DNA of 35,433 nt from Intoshia linei (lineage: Eukaryota; Animalia; Orthonectida), in NCBI GenBank assembly GCA_001642005.1, contig LWCA01000265.1:1-35433 (forward strand). Direction: 5' to 3'. How positions within the stretch are numbered: the stretch's first letter is position 1; each line of letters starts with the position of its first letter. Made by a program: the position numbers and the translations under genes. This document shows positions 13,601 through 24,400 of the stretch, one piece after another. The notes below the pieces were generated by a model, which was given only the letters and a program-made list of their open reading frames with translations, did not search any database and had not been told where the DNA came from.

Positions 13601-14364
13601 TCCCATCCTAAAATTTTAGCATAAAAGTAAATTGCATTGACAGTAATATAAATTCGTCCCTGAATAAGAATTTCTCTTGAAAGTGCACAAGAGTAATCAT
13701 CTAGCAATGAATCTGTTGTTTTACGACCAAAAAGTTTTTGAAATTCATTAGATCTTGTTTTAGAGGTACTGACCACAAATTTTTTAGTCTTTTTTTCACT
13801 AGACGCAGAAAAATGAATCACTGATGCTTGTATAGTACTAGTACTATCAAATTCGTAATTTTCGTAATTTTCAATGGTGGTACTACTATTTGATTTTTCA
13901 TGACATTTTTTATTGTTAACCGTTAAATTATTAGTACTGCAATCTACTTGAGATTCAAATTGGTTTAGTAATGTGGAATTTGAAATTTCAGAATTTTCCC
14001 CATGTTGGCCTTTGTCAGACATTTCTAATGCAGTAACTGGTAATTTAGAATCATTTAATATACCATCATTCACAAGAGTGTTTGTATAATCAGATTCGTT
14101 GCTAGAATGTGAAAAATTTTTTATTTTATTAAGAGAAATATCAGATTCATCTTCAAATGGTTTCTCAGTCGGATTTTCAAAGGTTGAATTATAATCAATG
14201 TAACTCTTAGTGTGCATGAATTCTTCGTTTTCCAATTGACTGGTCGATGTACTTTTTTGTTTTAGATTTTGACTTGGAATTAATTTATTTTCAGTGTATG
14301 ATTCACTTACTGAGGATATCACTCGGTCATTTAGGTTTGGAAATTTTTTAGATTTAGAATCCAT
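7671..14364 (-). CDS. GRAMD1: GRAMD1/Aster-like ER sterol-transfer protein (GRAM + VASt + TM), about 874 aa
   Basis: Exons 14364-12982, 12489-12266 and 8688-7671 are GT-AG, phase-consistent and total 2625 nt. GRAM domain: DYSCALSREILIQGRIYIT...FYAKILGWE...KEKTALFIPNAIQI...FFFASFTSRDKVF. VASt domain spans both junctions (LFALIFTDSYFY; FGPK; DVPYSD...RHCIR|YISENKSNMIVTIYVKY). C-terminal hydrophobic segments and a terminal helix follow. Confidence 0.9.
9033..9260 (+). repeat. Dispersed repeat, with an inverted copy at about 3580-3800
   Basis: CTAAAAATGTGTGTCTTTC.GTGT.TGTAA..ATTTATTTAGAA matches the reverse complement of about 3740-3785; starts TATACTGGTGT like a Tc1/mariner end. Confidence 0.55.
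9897..10329. mobile_element. piggyBac-type MITE (433 bp)
   Basis: TTAA|CCCTTACGAGAC...GTCTCGTAAGGG|TTAA: perfect 12-bp TIR and TTAA target duplication. Confidence 0.88.
10592..11477 (-). mobile_element. Near-complete non-autonomous Helitron in GRAMD1 intron 2
   Basis: 5' end A|TCCTAACTTATATTATATGC followed by a TG microsatellite; subterminal hairpin CTGTTTGTACGTAGTACATAACA at the 3' end. The CTAG terminus is lost in this copy but present in sister copies. Confidence 0.75.
11718..12110. mobile_element. MITE with ~38-bp imperfect TIRs, probably hAT
   Basis: ATGGGTTCTTAACCTGGGTGCCAAACCGGTTTTTGGG versus CCCAAAAAACTGGTTTGGCATTCCCGGCTAAGAACCCAT; flanks GTCTAAGT/GTCTGTGT (6/8). Confidence 0.7.
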
Positions 14365-14840
14365 TTCCTCAAGTGTTTATATCATGCAATTTGTAAACTA
14401 TACCAATATTTGCTTTTATGTACTTTATTTAAATAATGTCGAAATCCGCAATTTATATAGATAATTTTCAATATTCATTATAATGTATGGATTTATAGAG
14501 AAAATCTACCTTAGTTTCATTAATAAAGTTTCTTTATATAATTTTAATCAGGTTACTATTCTTGTACACAACTTGTAATGAAATCTTGTACTATTTAAAA
14601 ATTTTACAGAAAAAATTGTAATATAAATTGTATTTATATACATAAATTAATATTTATGAAAATAAAATTTATATTCATGAGAAACTCTGTACTGTAGACT
14701 ACAGTCACATATATATGAATATATCATACTATATAACATATCTACACTCATTACAGTCTATAGTGATTTGTCACTATCGTATTAATCAAGACTAGAAAAT
14801 ATATTTTTGATATAACGCACTTGTGACTCACAAGTTGACT

Positions 14841-14897
14841 CTAACTGGCAGTGGTTCTCATATAATTGTATTCTACATGGCTAGAGTTCGAATCCTT
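14841..14897 (+). repeat. Second, shorter copy of the tRNA-like sequence
   Basis: AACTGGCAGTGGTT.TCATATAATTGTATTCT...TGGCTAGAGTTCGAATCC aligns by eye to the 28.6-kb copy. Confidence 0.5.
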
Positions 14898-15409
14898 ATT
14901 TAGACTTTTAAATTTTGGACAGGTTTTTATTCGATATATTTTTATATCGAGCACAGTAAGCTTGGCTCTGTTTCAAATGGAAAAATTAAAAAATATTAAT
15001 TAAGTTAAAGATATCGAAAATTAATGCAATAAGTAATACAATTTATGACATTTCTAGGTCATTGAAACTTAGGACAAATAATTAATTTGTATTAGTCTAC
15101 GATAATGTTCAACATTAACCTATTAATATTGTAAAATCAAAATATGTATACTTCCCTCGCAGCAATTTTGCAGATGATATAAACCAATCTAAACTACATA
15201 CTATGTTTTTCAATCTTTTATATATTAAACGATTTGGCAAGATCTTTTATTATAGTTATTTATATTTTTATTTAAAAAGTCGTAGAAATTAAAGTTTTTA
15301 ATTATTTTGTTACTTTAAACGTCTCACCAATTTTGCAAAACTATCGAAAACATAATAAACTCGGATTTCCTGACAAATAATTGTTTTTAAACTGTTTTCA
15401 TTATCGCAA

Positions 15410-16890
15410 ATGAAACTGTCAAATAATATTACAAAATTAATAGAAAAAGATTTGAATAATGGTATCGAAAAGGTAAATATCGCAAAAACCCACAATTTTT
15501 CCCTTAGAACAATTTATAACATTTCAAATAAATAACGATCAATCAAATCAGAGCAAATTACAAGTTTAAAAAAAAAAAGTTCAAAAAGCAATTAAAAAAT
15601 GTGCTGATGAAATGCAAAAATCTGGAAGGGTTGTTACATCCACATCCGTTGCTGCCCGTATGCGATGTACTTGTTATAGAGCAACTATTTGACGGGCCCT
15701 TAATGATAGCGGTTTGAAGTATCGCGTTTATTGCAAAAATTGACATTGACTGATGCACAAAAAAATGGTCTCCTAAATTTTGTACGTAACCTTTTTTTAA
15801 TAGGGTTGATATTGATAAAATCGTATTTATGGATGAATGTAGATTTTCTTTAAATGAAAGTAATAATCTCATGTCGTGGAAACCATTAAAACTCCGAAAA
15901 ATAGCATTTTAAGGTAGATCCATAATGATTTAGGCAGAGCCGTTTTAAAGCATGAACAATATGTGCTGTATCCCAGGTCCACTCATTAAAAAAGGCCCTC
16001 AAATTAATAAAAGTAATTTACATTTATATCTTACTTAATCTTATTATGATTTCTTTATTTATTCTTCTTATCTTAATTTCATTTCATTTCAATATCAACC
16101 CCGTTTAAATGCGCTTTCCTTAATGTCAATTGAGAATGATATTTTGAATAATTTCAATTTTAATAATATCATATCTGATTTCTCTCAGAAAAAGAGAGAA
16201 AAGAACATTTGTAAAGAATTGTCAAGAATTTATTGTGAATGCATGGTGCATATTTTTAAATGAAAAAGTAAACTTTGTTCATTATAAAGTAAGTTTTTGT
16301 AAAAAAAATAAAAGTTACTAGAAACATACATAATATCTTTTAATGCTTTTATCTTTTACTCAATGAAATAAGATTCTAAGTCTCCAACCAACCGTATGCC
16401 CTTTTTTCTAAAAAGAGGCCCTAAATTTTTTTATCGCTTCGCTCCACATGGTTTTTTGCTTTTCTCAAAACTTTAAAGGGCCTCCGGCCCTTTGCTTAGC
16501 CCAGGGCCACTAAGTGGCTTAAGACGGCTCTGGATTTGGGGTTGTTTAACATCTTGCGGGAAAGTTATGATTAGGAAATTGAACCATACTGTTAATAGCA
16601 ATTCTTATAAAAAAATTTTATTTGAAGATGTATTTACTCAACCAAGTAACATAGTTCCTGGTTTTGTCTTACACCAATATAATACTAGACATCATGTGAT
16701 TAAAAAACCAAGGGAAAGGTTTGCTGCTGAATCAATAAAATTATTAGGTTGGCCTCTTATTCTCCTAATATATTCCCAATAGAAAATCTATGGTCAATTA
16801 TGAAGAATCAGCTATATGATGGTTCACAATTTAATTCGAAAATGCATGTATGGCAGAAAATTATTGTCCAGGAAATAATTTTAAAGGAAA
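15410..16890 (+). mobile_element. Degenerate Tc1-family (DD34E) transposase, interrupted by a hAT insertion
   Basis: HTH-like IAKTHNFSLRTIYNI; TI*RALNDSGLKYR; DKIVFMDECRFSL (first D); GRSIMI|WGCL across the insertion; LHQYNTRHH (second D mutated to Y); WPxYSPNIFPIENLWSIMK. There are 34 residues between the second catalytic position and E after restoring a 1-nt deletion. Confidence 0.88.
15935..16532 (+). mobile_element. Non-autonomous hAT element (598 bp) inserted in the Tc1 transposase
   Basis: TIRs CAGAGCCGTTTTAA...TTAAGACGGCTCTG; 8-bp TSD GATTTAGG/GATTTGGG. The internal remnant QPRLNALSLMSIENDILNNFNFNNIISDFSQKK resembles the hAT transposase C-terminus (ZMYM1-like). Confidence 0.88.
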
Positions 16891-16905
16891 AATACATTTT
16901 ATTTC

Positions 16906-17305
16906 ATTACATGAACAATTGATCATGTGACTTAAGGTCTTTTGTTATGTGGACTGCTGTCATGAATTGCCACTATGACTATAATGTTGATATTGAAAAA
17001 TTGGTTAATGAATTTTCAATACTTCATCCAAGAAGACTGGACATAATTGATTTAGAATTATTTAATGAACAAAATTAATTTATATTTTTTTTTGTGCTGA
17101 TCATTTTTTTTATTTTTGCGAAAAAATACAAATTTTGAAACTATTGTATAACAACCTTTAAATGAAATTAAACGAGAAGCTTTAAAATCAAACTAGACTC
17201 CTTAATATTAAAAGAGATGCCCCTAAAATTTTTTTCTCTCCGTCGAAATTAAATATTTTGCTCGCTTCGCTCGCACCCCATAACTAACCTTTTGGATTCG
17301 CCCTG
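16906..17305 (+). mobile_element. Right end of a second hAT family (THAP12/P52rIPK-like transposase C-terminus)
   Basis: Encodes HYDYNVDIEKLVNEFSILHPRRL and ends in the TIR TTGGATTCGCCCTG. Its first ~80 bp are repeated at about 29115-29196. Confidence 0.75.
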
Positions 17306-17379
17306 AATGTATTTATGATTGTTCTTATTTGTAATTGTATATTTTTCTTGTCATGCCTTATTTCAGTAATAAATTCGTT

Positions 17380-17695
17380 TTATGCAATAACAGCATGAAG
17401 CCAAGCCGCCTACGTAATCATAACAATGTAAAACACTTTAAACATCATTGACAGTGTTGAAGTTATCACTCGAAAAAGAAGAAGTTTTGATATAGGTGGA
17501 ACAGTTGATAAATTTATCATTTCTTCTCAATTTAACAAAATTATAGAGGCATAATATCATGTTTCTTACATGATTTCTAAACAAAAAAAGCATCATACCA
17601 TCGGAAACGTTGATTAAAGCCTGTACTCTTAAAATTGCAGAACTTGTAGTTGACAAAAAATAAAAAGCGGCACTTAAATCAATTCCTTATTCATC
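17380..17695 (+). mobile_element. hAT-Charlie/Buster (ZBED5/SCAND3-like) transposase fragment
   Basis: LCNNSMKPSRLRNH...IEA*YHVSYMISKQKKHHTIG-ETLIKACTLKIAELV...LKSIPYS read across stops and frameshifts. Confidence 0.82.
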
Positions 17696-20339
17696 TTATC
17701 CTTATACTTATCCATATGGCTCTGGGATCTATTATCCAACTAATTTAAATCGTTAATTAGATTAAATTTAAGGAACGTTAATTAATTTTATTAACGTTAT
17801 TCAGTGAAAATTCCTTTCTTGAAATTGTCTCGCGTATATTCAGAAATTTTCTTTTTATATTATTCGAAAAAGAATTTGGAATAATTATTAAGAAATACTG
17901 TTAGAAAAAAGTCATTTTTAGAAATGCTCAATACTGGCGTAAAAATAGAAATTTTGGCCCATATAATATTTATCATTATTTTAATTAGTTGTAACGAAGT
18001 TTCTGTTTATATTTACGTAAGATTTTGCGAATAAACCTTATCAAATTGAAAGTAATGGTTATGACATCGTTTGTCATTGTTATCACATTGACAATCTATA
18101 TCCCATTTTGAATTTAGCTAATTTCACATTGGTTGTAATTATTATAATAAATTAATAAAAAATGATATGATAATTATCATATCGATAGTGAAATAGTATA
18201 AATGCAATTTCCACATTGCTTATTTTAAATATTATAACATTTCATTATGAAATAACAAATATTTATCACGAGGTTAATAAATTAAAATAGTAGGCCATCA
18301 TGATTATATGTGCGTGCTATTTGGCCCTTAGCTCGCCTCTCCACGGTCTTGATAATATGTAATGTAATATTTAATTATAATGTGTATTATGAAATTATTA
18401 TCTTAGCAAACATTACAGCCTTTAAAATTGCGAAAATGTCTCCAAATTGTTACTTTTTCCGAATGTCTTGTTTATATTTGCTAATATTGAATCATCTTCT
18501 AGTGATTTTTTTTATCTTTTTCTAAATTTAGTACCCCATTATATAAATCAATTATTTCCAGCATCCTGTAAAAAATAAAAAAATGTTACCTTATAAAAGT
18601 CAACGTTAAAATGTTATTTTATTGAAATTTTTCGAACAACATAATCAACAACATTAATAAATGTTAAAAACGAACATAGAAATTGTATTAGATAAGATTT
18701 AAAATATATGTGATTGCAATTAATGGCCATAACCAAATTAGACATGATCAATGATAAAAATCTATAATTATTTCAAATAATATTGCCTTAATAAGATTAT
18801 AAATTGATAAAACATAACAAAATAAACAAAGGAAATATAATGGTATTCGTAAAAACCAACATTGGCCTATAAACTGAAAAAATGATACATTATTATTTAT
18901 TGTTATTAATAATTTGTTAATGTAATACATGTACATTTTACATTTGATTCAAAGTTACACAGAATTTTTTACATGCAATGATTGTATCTATAAAGATTTA
19001 AAATTTATTTATGATAATTTTTTATTATAAAGGTAAATGTTTGAAACATTTTTGATTTAGTAAACGGTACTATAAAATAAAAAATATTATTGGTATTAAT
19101 AAATTGATATTGTATAAATCTTAAATACTTAAAAAATAGTCTCGCATTTATAAAATTTATTTAAATTTTGAATTTAAACAATAAAAACTAACATGTCGTA
19201 AAAATGAACGCTGACCGTTAATGGGCTATCCCATTTATCTTTTTATGTTCCCAATTTTTTTTTCAAATATACATAAAAGCAACAAAACGATACATCATTA
19301 CATCGCGATGTAATGAAGAAAATATTTAAATTTAAAAATTAATGATATTTTTGTCATTTTTTATCGAAAACAAGTTTATTATATTTGAAAATAAAATACT
19401 GGTTTAAAAATGCTAATTAACATTTTATATAATGGCCACATCAATTAATTAAAAAATTTAATAAAATATATGTTAATTTGACAGAGATTAATAATTTTCA
19501 AATGTCAATCTAAATGTATATAAAATGTGAACAATTGATCAAATTCAGTAAATTTGTCTGTTTTGTATTAATATTATGAAATGACTGTAATTTATAGTCC
19601 CAAGTCGAAAATTAATTTTGATAAACAGTAACATGTGTAACTTTAGATTTAATTCAATATTATCATTGTACCAGATGTCATATCTAATTGTGTAATTTGT
19701 AAAATAAACACCAAAAGCAACAAGTTATGAAATTGAGATTTCCAATACATTTCTATGTTCAAGAATTTTATTTAGCAACATCTGATATATTCATAGATTC
19801 ATTCTTATATTTTATCAATAATCATAAATTTTATTTTTTAAATTCGACAATCACTGGAAATAAGATTAAAGATTTTTAATCGGAACAGTTTTCCAAAGTT
19901 TACTTTATAGAGATTATTAATCTTAAAAATTGTTACATATACTATCAAAAAAGCATATTAGTCCACTTCTTACAGTGGCGCCACTTGTTTCATGATTATT
20001 GGTCATACTACCAAAAATAATATATATAAATGTATATATATAAAATCATTATAAACACTTGAATATCAATTTCACAATTATACAATTACCTCATTAACAT
20101 ATTTCGTTGTATTATTACTAATTCCCACAAAAGTTTGAAGTGAAGTTGGAAACCAAATGATGGTTTATTTGACTTTAAAAAATAGCGAAACTTCCAGATA
20201 CCTATTCAATTGTATTAATAGTATTGTATTCTATTCTATTGGTAAGTCAACAATCTGCAAATCCCAAATATAATCGCGACAGATTAAGCGAACTATAAGA
20301 CCAGTTGTGAAATGAAAATTAGTTTTATAAAATTTTTAT

Positions 20340-20712
20340 TTTAAGGGTTTCTACTTAAATTCAACCATTTTTACTAAAAATCTAATTATATCAACCCTAA
20401 AACGAAAAATCCCGTTCTTCCAGGATTTTTTCCTAAAAAATTGGTAAAACTCGATTTTTCCCTTAAAGCTTGGTAAAACTGGAATTTTGCCTAAAGGGTT
20501 GTTAAAACTGAATTTTTCATTGTAAGATTTGGAAGAAATAAATTTTTTGTTTTAGGGTTGGTAAAACTAGATTTGTATCCTTAAAGGTTGGTAAAACTAG
20601 ATTTTTATCCTTAACGGTTGGTAAATTTTGATTTTTAGTAAGTTAAGTTAAGTAGTAAGTTAGATTGGTTCGATTTTAGTAAAAATTGTTGGGTTTAAGA
20701 ATATTCTTTTAA
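20340..20712. repeat. Foldback-like element with an internal ~29-30-bp tandem repeat
   Basis: About 6-7 degenerate units of TTGGTAAAACTAGATTTTTATCCTTAAAGG (20441-20630) between imperfect inverted arms. Confidence 0.7.
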
Positions 20713-21442
20713 TTAAATGATTACAATGAAAATAATCTTTGAATCTTTCGATTGTATAGTATATTTATGGTTACACCAGGAAAGTGGAGAGCCAGTAGTA
20801 GGCCTAGATCAGATGGAAGTGATCCAATATAAATTTTTTTTAGAAATGGGACGCCCATATCTTGCTTAGTCGATCGTTTATTATCTAAAAATTAAAAATA
20901 ACGGTCAAAATCGCATTGGTCATAATAAAATTTTTCAAAAATAAGAAATCTTTAACACTATCTACATTATATTAATAGTATTATTAGTACATATTACGTT
21001 TATACGTATTTATATTATTCATTTACTGTAAAAATACATTAAAATAGTTGGCCCTCATATTTATTGGTCGGACCATATTACCCTAACACCTCGCTGTAAA
21101 TAAAATACGTTGATAAAATGAATTCCGCTTAATCTGTTCCTACACTATCTAATTATTAAGGTTTTCCAATTACTAACCTACAATGACAACAGACAATAAC
21201 ATATATGTATAATTAATCATTTCTTGGATTTTAAAAAAGAAATGATATTTTATTATCAAGATTTATCAATGATTCATAATTCATAATTAATAGCCGAAAT
21301 TGAAATACGGTATGTTGAATTATCCAATTATCAAAATAACAATTGACAAGTATAAATTATATTTACATATTAACAAATACTTTATAAATATTCTATTTAT
21401 AAAATAAAATGGAATTATTCATGTTGAATGATTTGACGCATT

Positions 21443-24400
21443 TTAGTAATTTTGCCCATCTTCATCATCCAATGTTTCATTTTCTTTTGAATTTTTTTTG
21501 ATTTTTGCTCTTTTATTCTATAAATTACATTTAATGTATTTTCAAAAAGAAATTATTTAATTTTAATAATTTTTTAAATTTGTTATGTTTTGACAGACTT
21601 ACAATATTTAAAATGTTTCAATTTTTAAAATTATTATAAAATAAAATTGTACAAACACTTTGTGATTAATAATCATTATAAAAATTATTACAGTGACGAT
21701 AGCATTTAATAAATAATTAATGTAATCAAATTATATATAAGGGGAAATAGAAAGTATAATTTGTGTGTCAAGTCACTTAACTTAAGAGTCATTGACAAAA
21801 AATATTATTGATATAATGACATCCACACACAAAATGTAACGTTAATAAATTCCGTTAAATAATATTAGTTGCTATCAATAATGATATTATTTGAAAAATT
21901 TTTTACCTGAAACCAAACTTTAATTTGAGACTCTTTCAAGTTTAATTCTTTAGATAATTTTCTTCGTCGATATTCGCTTAAATATTTGCTAATTTCAAAT
22001 TCATTTTTTAACATGTACAATTGCGTATCTGTAAATGCGGTACGAGAACGTTTTGATTCTTGTCGGTTTCTTATTCTGTTGCCTTTGATTTTTCTATTTC
22101 TAGATCCTAAATATATCGATTAAAACTGATAATAAAATTGCTAATAGATTATTTTAAGATATCTATCGTTGTTAATAAACAATATAATACCTGAACATGG
22201 CCTATCTGAATATCGAGTGCAATAAACCCAAGCCGGCCAAACTTTACTCTGATCTTCTTTATTAGATTCACTTTTTTCTGGATCATCTGGAGAGAATTCC
22301 ATTTTCATCATTTTTTTTTGAGTGCATTGATTTGTAATTTGACCGTCGTTGTGGTTATCATCATTATCATTATCATTTGAATTTTCATATTGATTATCGC
22401 CATCACCATCAAAATCGCATTCATATTCATTATAGTTGAATTTAGAAAAAATATTTGACAAATTTGGAAAGTGATTGGCAAGATTTAAGGGTTTTGAATC
22501 GTTTGTTTTGCTGTGTAAATATTTTGATATATTTTCCTTGTTTTGTGTCAAGTACTTTAAATATGAATTGTACAAATGTAATAAATTAACAGAAGGAGAT
22601 ATTTTTTTGTTTTGGCCAAATGATTCACTTAGAATATCTAATTTTATTATAAATATAATTTATTATTAACATAGAACTTGGTAGCAATATTTTAGATTAA
22701 TGGGGAACCATGAAATGACAAGAATTTACTGGTATGTGAAAAAATGGTTGATTTTTCGAAAAACGCCGAAAGGCGATTCGGCTGTATGTTTTATTACACA
22801 TTATATGTAATGAAGCCAATAATGTCAGATTTTTTTAGTAATTTTAATTAATGCAGTTTTTTTAAATAACAAATTAAGACAAAATTTAACAAAAATAAGC
22901 AAAGATTAAAAACAATAAAATATAAAATTATGATAAAACAAAAATACTCTATATTTGGTGACTTAAATTTACATATTTACTTGTTAGCAAAGAATATTTG
23001 ATGTATGATGAAATGTTGACATTTTTGGTGTTCACCATTGTACATTGTGTACTACACATTCTATCGTAATGTCGTAGAATCTGCAAAATTTTTATTTATA
23101 TTTTAATTTTGTGTTTTAGAAATTTTTTTGAACCAAATTTTAAGTGGCGTTTATTATAAATTTTTTTTTGAATCAAAAACTAAGGTGGAGTTTTTAAGAT
23201 TTTTTTTAACCAAATTGTAAGGTTATCTTTCAGTTTAGTGGGAAAAAAATTTTCTAAAAACCCCCTTTTAAATTTGGTTTAAAAAAAATTCCTTAAAACT
23301 TGTTTCCCTTTAAAGTTTCGTTTAAAAAAACAAATCTTAAAACCACCCTTCAAAGTTTGGTTCAAAAAAATCTTAAAAACCTCTCTTGAAAGTTTGATTT
23401 AAAAAAAAATTTCTATAAAAAACGCCCCTTAAAATTTAGTTCAAAAAAAATTCGCGGGCCTTAGTTTGGTGGCCACTGCTCTAGTGTATCACAAGACAAA
23501 ATTAGGTGAGTCACGACATTTTTAACTACAGTAGACCCTCGAAAAGTGGTAACCTCGGATCAACACTGCCGCTCAATTGTTTAAATCTAATTAAATGTAA
23601 AAAATATTTTTTTAGCTCATTTTTTCTCACCAAATATGTTATTGGTATAACAAATATCTTAATTCTCATTTTGATTGAAAATTTTAGGAATTTTTTTTTA
23701 CTACTACAGATAATATGTATGTATATTAGTACTATTAGTGATAGTATGTATATTATGTATAGAAATTAATTTATGAAAATAGTATCAAAATTAATTAGTT
23801 TCATGTAGATATATCGAAATGAATATAATTATATGAAATTTATTTACATTGTTAATACATTAATAAATTAATTAATTTAACCAGATTTTGAAATCGGTCC
23901 CAAGGCCCTGGAAGCGATACCGTCGTAAAATACTCCAAATTTAAAATAAAATTTGCTAATTATGTGTGTGTAACAATTTAATATTAGAACTCACCGTCCT
24001 AGAAATTTTATAAACTAAAATTCTAAGTTAGTTTTATCAAGTATAGACATTAAAATAAATTTTAATTTCAAAAATAGACAGCTTCACGGCCAAAACTTAA
24101 AGTTACGTCTTCAACGTTTAAAAAAGCAATTTATTAATAAATCTTATTATATATTATCCTAACTTATATATATAATATGCTACGTAATTTTTGTCTGTGT
24201 GTGTGTTACGCTCTATTGAAATAACTACCAGTCTTAGAATTTTATAAAATCCACACTTCAATTACAGTTTTTTCCGGGGGTGTTAGCAAAATAAATTTCA
24301 ACCTTCTAAATTCACATCTTATAGGTCAAAAAGTCCAATTGTCCTTTTTTTGAAAATCAAACTAGTATTAATATAATTATTATGAATATTTATGTCATAA

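Noticed and set aside
18310-18936. Short hydrophobic ORFs (18310-18525, 18748-18936; also 11668-11856 and 23506-23769)
   Set aside because: I/F/L/Y/N-rich composition is expected by chance in AT-rich DNA; no motifs or supporting splice structure.
20441-20630. CRISPR-like array
   Set aside because: The units are contiguous degenerate tandem repeats without unique spacers; eukaryotic context, no cas genes.
22981-23080. Extra engrailed coding exon (TTTTGCAG...GTAAAT on the minus strand)
   Set aside because: It is 100 nt long and has an in-frame TAG when spliced from exon 1; the 25835-25775 exon gives a much better EH1.
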